DNA of 64,000 nt from an uncultured virus (IMG/VR IMGVR_UViG_3300015244_001911) (Duplodnaviria > Heunggongvirae > Uroviricota > Caudoviricetes), in IMG/VR virus record IMGVR_UViG_3300015244_001911, positions 1 to 64,000 of that record. One strand, given 5' to 3'. The stretch's first letter is position 1; every line of letters begins with the position of its first letter. Positions 47,554-56,863 of the stretch are shown in pieces. A program made the position numbers and the translations under genes. Under the pieces are notes generated by a model. It worked only from the letters and a program-made list of their open reading frames with translations, was not told the origin of the DNA and searched no databases.

Positions 47554-49503
47554 ATGCCAACAACTCAAAAATTGAACGAAGATTTGGTCTTTATCCTCGA
47601 AAGACAAAGTACAGTCCTTGAATCTAAAAAAACAGATTCGGATGATTATGTCTTAGAAGGTACTGCTGCTGTGTTTGGAAAAGAGAACAACAACAACAGA
47701 ATATATGAAGAGGCCGAATATCTTCCACACCTAAACTACCTTAAGGACAAAATAGCTCAAAAGAGGTTGGTTGGTGAATTGGATCACCCTGAGAAATTCG
47801 ATGTTTCTTTGAAAAACATTTCACACATCATCACTGATCTTAATCACGATAAAGCTAACAGAGAGATTAAGATTAAGGTAAGACTTTTAGATACCCCAGC
47901 AGGACAAATTGCTAAAAAGCTAGTAGATGCTGGAGTACCACTTTCAATATCGTCAAGAGCAGCTGGTGCAGTTGGTAACGATAAGAAAGTACAAATCAAG
48001 AAAATATTCACTTACGATTTAGTTGCCGATCCAGGATTTCAGGACGCACAATTAGAAAGAGTATACGAAAGCGCAGGCTATACATTTCAAGAATTCTTTG
48101 AAATGAGAAATAACAGCGTTTTATCCGATCTAGTTTGTATGAATGAATCATTAGGTCTAGAAAATGAATCTACAGTGAAGATATATAAAGTTGAAAATAA
48201 CGAAGAATTCAACAAACTCGTATCAAAATCAGACAAAAATAAAACAATCCTCATGGAGAATAATGAATTTGTTACTGCGGAAGAACTTAATCAATATTCA
48301 ATTTTCTTGAAAAAGGAAATGGATTCGATGAAGTCTACATTGGCAGAAATTAAAGAACAAAAAGAAAAATTAAGCGAATCCGCTGAAGAGTCTAACACTT
48401 CAGACTTGGAAGAGAGAGTAGCAAAACTTGAAAAGTACTCTGAGTATTTAGCTGAGAATTTGGACAGTGCTATTAAATACGGTGAGTATTTAGCAGAGAA
48501 TCTAGATTCAAGCATCAGCTACACTAAATACTTGGCTGAGAATTTGGACAAGAACATCTCTTACTCTAAGTATTTAGCAGAAAACGTAGACAAATCAATT
48601 TCTTACTCTGAGTATGTTGCAGAGAGCGTTGATAAATCTATCGAGTATTCTAAATATCTTGCTGAGAAGGTAGATCAAAATATCCAATATTCTGAGTACT
48701 TAGCAGAAAACGTAGACAAAGGTATTGCTTATAGCGAATATCTAGGTGAGAACCTTGACAAAGGTATTGCTTACACTGAATACGTTGCTGAGAAACTAAA
48801 TAATGGTATTGAATACTCTGAGTATCTAGGTGAGAATCTAAACAAATCAATTGAGTACTCTGATTATTTAGCAGAGAACGTTAACAGAGGTTTAGATTAT
48901 TCTGAGTACTTAGCAGAAAAAGTTAAAAGATCAATCTCTTATAGTGAATATATTGCTGAAAACGTTAATAACGGAACAATGAATAAAACAGAATCACTAA
49001 GAGAAAGCGTAGATCTTTCAGCTCAAGCAGGTTTAAATGAATCTGGATTTGCTGGAGATTACACTAATCTTTCATCACAAATTGATAATTTGATAGAATC
49101 AGTTAAAACACAAAAAACTGAGTCAAATATAAACGAAGCTTCTAGAAACGTAGAAGCACCAGCCGACACACAAAAGGCAGAAACTCTTAACGAAGAGGAG
49201 AACACCAACAAAACAGGTCTTAAGTTTATCGATGAGATGCCTGAAGAATACACTCAGGTTTGGGAATCACTTACAGAAAGTCACCAGCAATCTATTGTTG
49301 CTCAAAGTAACTTCTATAGGTTAGATACACCTTACCAGATTAAAAACTTCTGGTCAACACGTCAACTTGGAACTAAAACAGTTGGGGTTCAAAAACTAGA
49401 CGAGAGTGAAAACGTAGCTCAAACAAATGCAAACCAGGCTTATTCAAGTGATTACATGAATTACATAGCTTCTGCATTAGAGCAAAAATTCGCAAGAAGA
49501 TAA
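47554..49503 (+). CDS. gp21: Prohead protease (gp21-like) fused to scaffold/core domain
   Basis: NNNRIY, GELDHP, LDTPAG, ISSRAAG and YDLVADPG motifs followed by coiled-coil repeats; directly before MCP. Confidence 0.9.
   Translation: MPTTQKLNEDLVFILERQSTVLESKKTDSDDYVLEGTAAVFGKENNNNRIYEEAEYLPHLNYLKDKIAQKRLVGELDHPEKFDVSLKNISHIITDLNHDKANREIKIKVRLLDTPAGQIAKKLVDAGVPLSISSRAAGAVGNDKKVQIKKIFTYDLVADPGFQDAQLERVYESAGYTFQEFFEMRNNSVLSDLVCMNESLGLENESTVKIYKVENNEEFNKLVSKSDKNKTILMENNEFVTAEELNQYSIFLKKEMDSMKSTLAEIKEQKEKLSESAEESNTSDLEERVAKLEKYSEYLAENLDSAIKYGEYLAENLDSSISYTKYLAENLDKNISYSKYLAENVDKSISYSEYVAESVDKSIEYSKYLAEKVDQNIQYSEYLAENVDKGIAYSEYLGENLDKGIAYTEYVAEKLNNGIEYSEYLGENLNKSIEYSDYLAENVNRGLDYSEYLAEKVKRSISYSEYIAENVNNGTMNKTESLRESVDLSAQAGLNESGFAGDYTNLSSQIDNLIESVKTQKTESNINEASRNVEAPADTQKAETLNEEENTNKTGLKFIDEMPEEYTQVWESLTESHQQSIVAQSNFYRLDTPYQIKNFWSTRQLGTKTVGVQKLDESENVAQTNANQAYSSDYMNYIASALEQKFARR
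48430..48969 (+). repeat. 13 copies of a degenerate 42-bp / 14-aa repeat (IxYSEYLAENLDKx)
   Basis: Counted in the translation. Confidence 0.9.
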
Positions 49504-49532
49504 ATTAAAAAATAAAAAAAACAACTAAAATC

Positions 49533-51254
49533 ATGAAATTGATTAACGAACAAGAAATCTATGATACCTGGTCTCCGATTATCGAGAGCAAAGCAGGGAT
49601 CACTGATTCAAGCAAAAAAGAGTGGTTGACTAAATACTGTCACTACCATTCATTAAACGAAAGTGCCGGAGCGTATAACTCATTAGGAGTTGTAAACGGT
49701 ATGGGTGCAGTAGCTCCGCCATTATACCCTGGAATGAGTGCATTCACAGGTACAGCTAACGCTGGTTTCTACAACAGCACAAACCAAGGTTCAGGAGATA
49801 AATTCCCTTCATTGTTACCATTAGCTATTCAGGTAGCTGCTAAAACAATCGGATTTGATATCGTTCCTGTTATCCCTATGTCTGGTCCAACTGGTATCTT
49901 GTCTTACTTAGACTACGTATACGCAGGTGGTAAATTAGCTGGTACAACTGGTGCTGATGCTTCAGGTGCTGATGCTTTAGCTAAAGCTCCTGCATTGATT
50001 AAATTCCCAGTTTACCAAGGTTCATCTGCAGGTGCAACTGGTGCTACAGCTGGAACATTCACAGTAGGTACTGGTTATACAGTTACTTCTGCTGCTGGTG
50101 GTGTATTAACATTAAAATTCGTGGGTCTATCAAGAATTGATGGTTTCCCAATCTTCGAAGTTGAAGGTGTTACTGCAAACTACACTGTTGCATCTATCAT
50201 CAACGGTACTTCTGTACAAGTTGCTACTGCTACTGGTATGTACACTGGTACTTCTTCATCATCTAACGGTTATGTTGCTCAATTAGTTAAAGCTTTAGAA
50301 GATCACATCCAAGGATTCTCTGGTGCTGGTTTCAACAACACCAACGATTGGCAAGGTCCTTACGTTGATGGTACTAAAACTTACAACCCAATGTTAAGAG
50401 GTGTTGCTGAGTCTACTTACTACAACTCAATGGGTCTTTCTACTTTCACTAAGTTCGTAGAAGCTGAGACTTTCCAAGTTGCTGCTTCAGTTACAACTGA
50501 GCAAATTCAAGACCTTAACAAACAATTCGGTATCGACGTTATCTCAATGATCGAGAACGCATTGGTTAATGAGGTTTCTCAAGCAATTAACAAGCACATC
50601 CTTTCAAGAGCATTCGCTTTAGGTTGGTCTAACCACATTCAGTTCAACAATGTTGAAAACCAAAACTTGAACTTGAACCTAATCCTTAGCGGTGCTGCTG
50701 GTACTACATCAAACTACGTTAACAAATCTGATGTTAATGTAACTATGGCATTGCCTGCAGGTCCTGCATCAACTTCTTACGAGAACTTGTCAACTTTACA
50801 AAGAAGACTATTCTCTAGAATTCTTGCAGCTGCAAACGTAGTAGCTAACAGAGGTAGAAGAGGTCCTGCTAACTTCATCGTAACAAACGCTGCAGTTGCA
50901 AGTGCACTTCAAGACATCTCTCAGTTCACTTTCGCTCCATTCTCTAACACGTTGACTCAAAACAACGGTACTTTATACCCTGTAGGTTCGCTTGCTGGTA
51001 TGACAGTTTACGTTGATCAAAACATGAGCTACAGCGATACAAGAGTATTGGTTGGTAGAAAAGGTGGTGATGACGAACCAGGACTTAAATTCATGCCTTA
51101 CATGATGGCTGAGTCTATTCAGACAATCTCTGAAGGTACAATGTCACCTAAGATCGCAGTTAAATCTAGATACGCTCTAGTTGAAGCTGGTATGTTACCT
51201 GAAACAATGTACTTAACATTCTATGTTAACGTGCCTTCAGGTGGTTTAGCATAA
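49533..51254 (+). CDS. gp23: Major capsid protein (gp23-like)
   Basis: W.PI.E, PMSGPTG, EQIQDL, RRGPANF, FMPY and PKIAVKSRYAL motifs; strongly biased codon usage. Confidence 0.93.
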   Translation: MKLINEQEIYDTWSPIIESKAGITDSSKKEWLTKYCHYHSLNESAGAYNSLGVVNGMGAVAPPLYPGMSAFTGTANAGFYNSTNQGSGDKFPSLLPLAIQVAAKTIGFDIVPVIPMSGPTGILSYLDYVYAGGKLAGTTGADASGADALAKAPALIKFPVYQGSSAGATGATAGTFTVGTGYTVTSAAGGVLTLKFVGLSRIDGFPIFEVEGVTANYTVASIINGTSVQVATATGMYTGTSSSSNGYVAQLVKALEDHIQGFSGAGFNNTNDWQGPYVDGTKTYNPMLRGVAESTYYNSMGLSTFTKFVEAETFQVAASVTTEQIQDLNKQFGIDVISMIENALVNEVSQAINKHILSRAFALGWSNHIQFNNVENQNLNLNLILSGAAGTTSNYVNKSDVNVTMALPAGPASTSYENLSTLQRRLFSRILAAANVVANRGRRGPANFIVTNAAVASALQDISQFTFAPFSNTLTQNNGTLYPVGSLAGMTVYVDQNMSYSDTRVLVGRKGGDDEPGLKFMPYMMAESIQTISEGTMSPKIAVKSRYALVEAGMLPETMYLTFYVNVPSGGLA

Positions 51255-51273
51255 TCTTAAACACTTATAATTT

Positions 51274-51307
51274 AGAAACCCTAGGATTTATCCTAGGGTT
51301 TCTTTTT
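51274..51307 (+). terminator. Rho-independent terminator after MCP
   Basis: AGAAACCCTAGGA-TTTA-TCCTAGGGTTTCT followed by Ts. Confidence 0.88.
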
Positions 51308-51349
51308 GTGTGTGGGATATATAGAAGGTAAAAAACTAATTGTTCAGAT

Positions 51350-52501
51350 ATGAAAAATATACCGTCGTTTAACGAGTTTAAAAAATACGAAGATTTAATT
51401 GAGAAAGTGGACCCTAGATTGGTGCAGGAACTTAAATCTCTTGAGACTGCCGAACCTTACCACACAGTTAACGAAGGCCAGTTGATGAATGTTGTTAAAA
51501 ACAGTCTCTCCAAATTCTTTTTAGGTTCAATGTCAAGAGTTGGTATGATAGACCAGGCTAGAAAAATTATACTGGATCTTGAGCTTGATATAGTTGAAAA
51601 GAAAGATGAGTTCGAAAGATCCATAGAAAAACTTGACTCTCAAATAGATAGCCTAACAAAAATGGGTGACAAGGATAAGATTTTATCTGTTGAGAAGGAG
51701 AGAGAAACTAAAGCCAGAGAAATCGAGGCATATCTTAAAGCACAAAAACTTAAGATCAAAAAATCTAAAGATGTTGCTCTTAAATTAGTTGACGGAAACT
51801 CTAGAAGGAAGGAATATCTTGACGCTGGTTATTCTGAGGATGAGATTGCTATAGCTGAACTTGAATATAAACTTGCTCAGGAAAGAGCGGAAGATCAGAG
51901 CAAATTGAATGACTATAAGGAGAAGGTCGATGCAGCAAGAAAAGAAGCTGAGGAGAAAGCAAGGGATATCAATAACAAGACTGAGAAAGATAATGAGAAA
52001 AATGAGGCTCCACAGGAGGATCTTTCTGTTGACCCGGAGAAAGAAAAAAGAAAGATAGCAAGCAGAAAGGGAAAGGATCTTATCCAGAGAAAGAATGAGT
52101 TGGAGAAGGAAATAGCTGATCTAAGATCGTCGATTGAAAGAAAATTGAATCAACTAGAATCAAAAATCAGAAGAAACCCAAAGAGTTTAACAGGGAAATA
52201 TATGGAATCAGTAAAGATCGAGTTACTCGAGATTAGCTCAGCATTGGATTCTAAAGAGAATCTGCTTAGATTATTCAGAGGTTTAGGTAAAACCGAAACT
52301 GAAATTTCTCAAGTACTAAGCAAAGAATCAGATTTCACTAAAATTGCCAATAAAATAAACCAAGGTATTGTTGATGGCGAGGACGCTAATTCTGGAACTA
52401 AGAAGATTATTTCTGATCTTTTCTCTCAAGTTAGTTCTGGGAACGAGCAGACTATAAATCCTTCAGAAATTAAGAATGCTAAATCTAAATTAAATAATTA
52501 A
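51350..52501 (+). CDS. Coiled-coil putative internal head protein
   Basis: Late promoter at 51316; MKNIPSFNEF N-terminus. Confidence 0.65.
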   Translation: MKNIPSFNEFKKYEDLIEKVDPRLVQELKSLETAEPYHTVNEGQLMNVVKNSLSKFFLGSMSRVGMIDQARKIILDLELDIVEKKDEFERSIEKLDSQIDSLTKMGDKDKILSVEKERETKAREIEAYLKAQKLKIKKSKDVALKLVDGNSRRKEYLDAGYSEDEIAIAELEYKLAQERAEDQSKLNDYKEKVDAARKEAEEKARDINNKTEKDNEKNEAPQEDLSVDPEKEKRKIASRKGKDLIQRKNELEKEIADLRSSIERKLNQLESKIRRNPKSLTGKYMESVKIELLEISSALDSKENLLRLFRGLGKTETEISQVLSKESDFTKIANKINQGIVDGEDANSGTKKIISDLFSQVSSGNEQTINPSEIKNAKSKLNN

Positions 52502-52503
52502 TA

Positions 52504-53397
52504 ATGACTCTTAAATTTAAAGAATGGGAAGAGCTAAATGAAGCAAATCTTTTTGGTAAGATAAAGGATTGGTTCAGTAGTAATTTCGGAGGATCTCTTA
52601 GTAAAATTGAGGGTCTTCTATACGATTATAAAAAACTGGAATTGGAATTTGTCGACGAATGGCAGGAAATAGCTGTTGAAATAGACAAACTCGAATTGGA
52701 GAAAGGCCAAGCAAAGAATGATCCTGCTGCACTAAAAAAAGCGGAGAGATATATTCAGAGAAACAATGAGGTTTTAGTTAATGCTAAAAAAGCTCACGCT
52801 AAGAAGATAGATCACCTGATGAAGGTGGTCATGGATGTTATTGGTGATAGCAGAAAGCTTCAGAATTTTTGGGAGACCAATAAATCTAAGATTGATGCTG
52901 ATGTTGCTGAGGAGATGTATAAGAGATCGAAAGATCTAGCTGATACAACGGAATCAAGAGATCTTTATGACAAGTACAAAAAAGCGGTATTAGCAGCTAA
53001 GGAGAGGGACCTAGCATTCAGAAACAAATACGGGGATCTTATTAGCAGAGAGGATAAAAAAGAAGAGGCATCGAAATCTAAGGGTTCTGCGCCATCTACG
53101 GAAGCATCTGCTGATCTCTATATTACAATGTCTCTTGCTGATTTTACAAAAGCGGTATCTGATCTAACACCAGCTCAAGCTAAAAGTCTGGTATCTTTGT
53201 TAATAAAGCAAAGAAATGAGTTATATGTTCAGATGGACATGGAAAGAGAAGCTCTTAATGATCAGATTGCTAATAAAACGGGATCTGGCGCAACTCGTGA
53301 TGATGCAGCTAAGAAGATTAAAGAGATTAGAGAAAAATACATGGAAACCATCAGGGATCTTAGATCTAAAATAACGATAGCTAGAAAAAATGCTTAG
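52504..53397 (+). CDS. Coiled-coil putative internal head protein, likely distant paralog of previous gene
   Basis: MTLKFKEWEELNE N-terminus; F.GS.S motif shared. Confidence 0.65.
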   Translation: MTLKFKEWEELNEANLFGKIKDWFSSNFGGSLSKIEGLLYDYKKLELEFVDEWQEIAVEIDKLELEKGQAKNDPAALKKAERYIQRNNEVLVNAKKAHAKKIDHLMKVVMDVIGDSRKLQNFWETNKSKIDADVAEEMYKRSKDLADTTESRDLYDKYKKAVLAAKERDLAFRNKYGDLISREDKKEEASKSKGSAPSTEASADLYITMSLADFTKAVSDLTPAQAKSLVSLLIKQRNELYVQMDMEREALNDQIANKTGSGATRDDAAKKIKEIREKYMETIRDLRSKITIARKNA

Positions 53398-53647
53398 TTT
53401 TGATGAATTCAGATTAACCGAGGCTTCTAATAACACAAAAGCTCAAGAAATTAAACTTCAGATTTCCAAAAAATTCGACGAGATTTCTGATGCTAAGAAG
53501 GCTAAAAAATCTGGTGATCCAAATTCAGAAGCTGAGAGTATCGATAAACAGGCAGCTGCTTATTCTGAAATATCAACACTTATGAAATCACTTTCCGCCG
53601 AGATAAAATCAAATGCAGGCAAAGGCGATTCAACTAATATATACTAA
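53390..53647 (+). CDS. Small putative internal head protein
   Basis: MLSFDEFRLTE N-terminus. Confidence 0.6.
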   Translation: MLSFDEFRLTEASNNTKAQEIKLQISKKFDEISDAKKAKKSGDPNSEAESIDKQAAAYSEISTLMKSLSAEIKSNAGKGDSTNIY

Positions 53648-53648
53648 A

Positions 53649-56153
53649 ATGATGAACAAGAATCCATATTTAAATAATCTAGTAGCAAGATCCTTATTTG
53701 AGGGACACTACGATAAAATTTTCGAAAACGAGAAGGTAGATGCTTTGTTGAATAAGATTTCCGACAATGCATTGGATGCTTTCAAGATCTTAACATTCGA
53801 TCTTGCTCCAGCGAGAGATAGAAATCCTGATATCATGAGAGTTAAACTTTCCGATATCAGCAACTCTAAAAATGTTAAAGAGCTAACTGCAAAATTGCTA
53901 GATTATGCGGACGATAACGATCTATTAAATTCAAAGTACGCTGAAACTAAGAGACTTTATTTGGAAGCTTTAAAAAAGCTATCTGATGCACTTAATAGGG
54001 CAGCAGAAATAGGTAAGGATAAAGATGAGGTGATAATGAAATCATTTAGAAAATCCCCACTGAAACTCCAGAATTCCTTAGATAATATAGCTAAACAAGC
54101 TGAGGAGGAATTAAAGGCAAAGAAAGTTGATGAGTCAGCTGAATTTTTAGCCGACGCTGTGAATGAGTCAATCTTCACTGGATACAGAGGAAGAGTCGAG
54201 AATCTAAAAAAACTTCTTGCTAACTTAATTACTTCTTCTGAGGGTAAAGATCAGAGAAGTGGATATGGAAGAGATTGGAAAAGAACTTTTATCGATCTTG
54301 ACGAGAAAAGAAAAGTTCTGGACAACACTAGAGGCGGATTTGGTGAGAAGGATAAGAAAGCACTTGATGAATTAGAAAAACAAGTTGAAAAATTCCAGGA
54401 AGAATTTAACAAGGCAATCATTCAAGCTGCAAACAGATCTCTACAAAATTTAGAGGATGACGAGGAAGTTTACACATCATATTCTGATGTTACTGATCTA
54501 GCTAGTACTGCTTTGGATCTTTTAACTAGAGCTAAAGCACAATATGCTATAACAGCTAAGGAAATCAAAGAAGATCAGATCGCTGAAGAAAACACAGTTA
54601 TTAAATCAGTTTTCCCGCTTAAAAGAGGTGATACAGATTCTGATAAAAAGATTAAAGGAAGCGGATTAATATACGCACTTCAGAGTGCTTTGGTTAATGG
54701 CATTCCAGCCGCGAGTAAGCTTATAAAATCAAAAGGTGGACCTAACGGAAAATATGGACCAGCTACCACCGCAGTTGTATCCACCCTTCAGAAGATGGTT
54801 GGTAATAAAAATACCAGCGGTGAACTTGATAAGTCATTATTGGATGATATCGTTGCATCTGACTGGGTTTCTGAAAAGGATAAAAAAGCAATACAGAAAT
54901 CTTTGGAAATCGTTAGAAACAAAATGAATGAGAGCTCAAGTCCAATTATTAGTTTGTCAGATTTCAAAAAACTTTATGAGGGTAAGATTGTTATTAACAA
55001 CTCCGATTTCGAAAAAGAGCTAACCACACAATATAAAAATATAGGTGGAACAGTAGGGACTCGTTCGGCTAAGGGAGAGACTCACGAATCCCCAGGAAGA
55101 GGTGGCTCATCATCCGGTGTTAAATCACTGGCTAAAAATCTAAGATCAGCATATAACTTAAAGGTGGAGGATGACGATTTCGTTAAACAAGATGGATCAT
55201 TAAGATCTTCTTACAGTCCACAGTTTATCAAAGCTTGGAATACTAGTTTGGAAAAAGTTATGACTGGTAAGAAAGCTGATGAGTATTCATACTTCTTTTT
55301 CTCCGGCGGAGTTTATAATATAAACTTAGCATCAAGTTCATTAAAAACCCCATGTAACTGGAATAAATGGGCGGATGCCAGAGGAATTAAAACATTGGGT
55401 AACGATGACGCAACAGATTTTGTTGAGAATTATATCAAAGGCTGGACAACATTCGGTATGGTTAGACCAGGATATAGATATGACGGTATTAAGTCACTAT
55501 TAAGGGCTAATGCTCAGAATGACGATCTTGATCTAAGCACAGCTTATGAGATGATGGAAACTTCTGTTAAAAACAAGAGTGTACCTTTTATTGATTATGA
55601 TAATCTTAAGGGAGATATTGCTAAAGCATTTGGATTAGCACTACAAAGAGGAGAAAAAAGTCCAGATCTAGGAAAAGAGGAATTTGTTGCAATTAACAAT
55701 TTCCTAATTATGATCGCTAATGCAGTTTCTTTTGATGGAAGCAAATTTATCAGCTGTCTAAAATGGATACATGATAATATACTGGGTGAAGCAACTGCAA
55801 AAAGAGTAAAGAGAGATAACATATATGGACTTTCTAGAAATGCTGATGATGATGACTCGGGTAAATTACTAGGATTTCAGGGATCACAGATCATAATAGC
55901 AGGATCTCAAAAACTTGCAGATAAAAAATTAAATAAAAAAGGAGAGATTAGTGAGGATTTACCGGGTATAAAGGTTTTATCTGAAGATGATCGCGGGGGT
56001 ACTGATATACAAAAAGTGCTAGCTAAAAATTGCTATTACATAGGAGCGGATGTTTATCCTAGCATTAAGCTACATGTGAAAAGAATGAATGCTACGAACT
56101 TTGAACAGGTTCCTCAGTCTGCACCATTTAAATGCCAAGAATTTAAAGCTTAA
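53649..56153 (+). CDS. Large late protein with peptidoglycan-binding-like domain
   Basis: PLKRGD...ALQSAL...NGKYGPAT...LQ; start moved to 53649, after AATATATA at 53636. Confidence 0.6.
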   Translation: MMNKNPYLNNLVARSLFEGHYDKIFENEKVDALLNKISDNALDAFKILTFDLAPARDRNPDIMRVKLSDISNSKNVKELTAKLLDYADDNDLLNSKYAETKRLYLEALKKLSDALNRAAEIGKDKDEVIMKSFRKSPLKLQNSLDNIAKQAEEELKAKKVDESAEFLADAVNESIFTGYRGRVENLKKLLANLITSSEGKDQRSGYGRDWKRTFIDLDEKRKVLDNTRGGFGEKDKKALDELEKQVEKFQEEFNKAIIQAANRSLQNLEDDEEVYTSYSDVTDLASTALDLLTRAKAQYAITAKEIKEDQIAEENTVIKSVFPLKRGDTDSDKKIKGSGLIYALQSALVNGIPAASKLIKSKGGPNGKYGPATTAVVSTLQKMVGNKNTSGELDKSLLDDIVASDWVSEKDKKAIQKSLEIVRNKMNESSSPIISLSDFKKLYEGKIVINNSDFEKELTTQYKNIGGTVGTRSAKGETHESPGRGGSSSGVKSLAKNLRSAYNLKVEDDDFVKQDGSLRSSYSPQFIKAWNTSLEKVMTGKKADEYSYFFFSGGVYNINLASSSLKTPCNWNKWADARGIKTLGNDDATDFVENYIKGWTTFGMVRPGYRYDGIKSLLRANAQNDDLDLSTAYEMMETSVKNKSVPFIDYDNLKGDIAKAFGLALQRGEKSPDLGKEEFVAINNFLIMIANAVSFDGSKFISCLKWIHDNILGEATAKRVKRDNIYGLSRNADDDDSGKLLGFQGSQIIIAGSQKLADKKLNKKGEISEDLPGIKVLSEDDRGGTDIQKVLAKNCYYIGADVYPSIKLHVKRMNATNFEQVPQSAPFKCQEFKA

Positions 56154-56176
56154 TATCATATTTTTTTAATAACACT

Positions 56177-56205
56177 AAGGAGGGACCAAAAATCCCTCCT
56201 TTTTT
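56177..56205 (+). terminator. Rho-independent terminator
   Basis: AAGGAGGGA...TCCCTCCTT followed by Ts. Confidence 0.8.
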
Positions 56206-56230
56206 ATTTTTATTGTCCGGGATTTTGTGT

Positions 56231-56238
56231 TACTTTTG
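56231..56238 (+). promoter_or_regulatory. Bacteroidota-type -7 element TACTTTTG
   Basis: Upstream of the kinase/AsnB-like pair. Confidence 0.6.
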
Positions 56239-56279
56239 CATGATATGAAAACAAAATCCGAAAGGACAATATAATCTAC

Positions 56280-56861
56280 ATGGTATACGTATTTGAAGGA
56301 CCCAGAAATTCGGGTAAGACATTCCTCTCTAAATTTATAGCTGAGAAATTTGACATGCCAAGGTATCAGTTTGCCTTTGCGGATTATTTTTCTAAACTTA
56401 ATCTGGAAAGTAGAAATAGTAGGGAAGCCCATGCTTTTGCTATGGGTAAGGAACTTATGCTTATGCAACTTTTTAAAGATCTCGATCCTTGCAATTATTT
56501 AACAGATCCATTCTCTTTCGTACACGATCGCGGGATTCTTACTGTTCTTGCATGGGGAATAATGGAAGGTAGAATAACTGAAAGTGAAATGGAGGATCAA
56601 GTCAAGATGATTAATCAGATGGGTTTAATGGACGAAATTTCCATTATTTTCGTAACGGGTGACAATCCAGATAAGATGGAGAGAAATAAGGATCAGTGGG
56701 ATCACATAGATGGTGACAACAGGGAACTTGAAGCATACAATAAGGTTATTTCAAAATTCGAAGAGCATGGTATAGCAAAAATCTGGAAATTCACAAATCG
56801 CTTTGGTGACGAGTCACTTACAGATATTACATTAATGTTTGAAAATATATTATTTGATTAA
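56280..56861 (+). CDS. P-loop nucleotide kinase (thymidylate-kinase-like)
   Basis: FEGPRNSGKT and HDRG motifs. Confidence 0.7.
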   Translation: MVYVFEGPRNSGKTFLSKFIAEKFDMPRYQFAFADYFSKLNLESRNSREAHAFAMGKELMLMQLFKDLDPCNYLTDPFSFVHDRGILTVLAWGIMEGRITESEMEDQVKMINQMGLMDEISIIFVTGDNPDKMERNKDQWDHIDGDNRELEAYNKVISKFEEHGIAKIWKFTNRFGDESLTDITLMFENILFD

Positions 56862-56863
56862 AT

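Noticed and set aside
48430..48969. 42-bp periodic repeat as CRISPR or non-coding array
   Set aside because: Degenerate at synonymous positions and conserved at the protein level; it is the scaffold coiled coil
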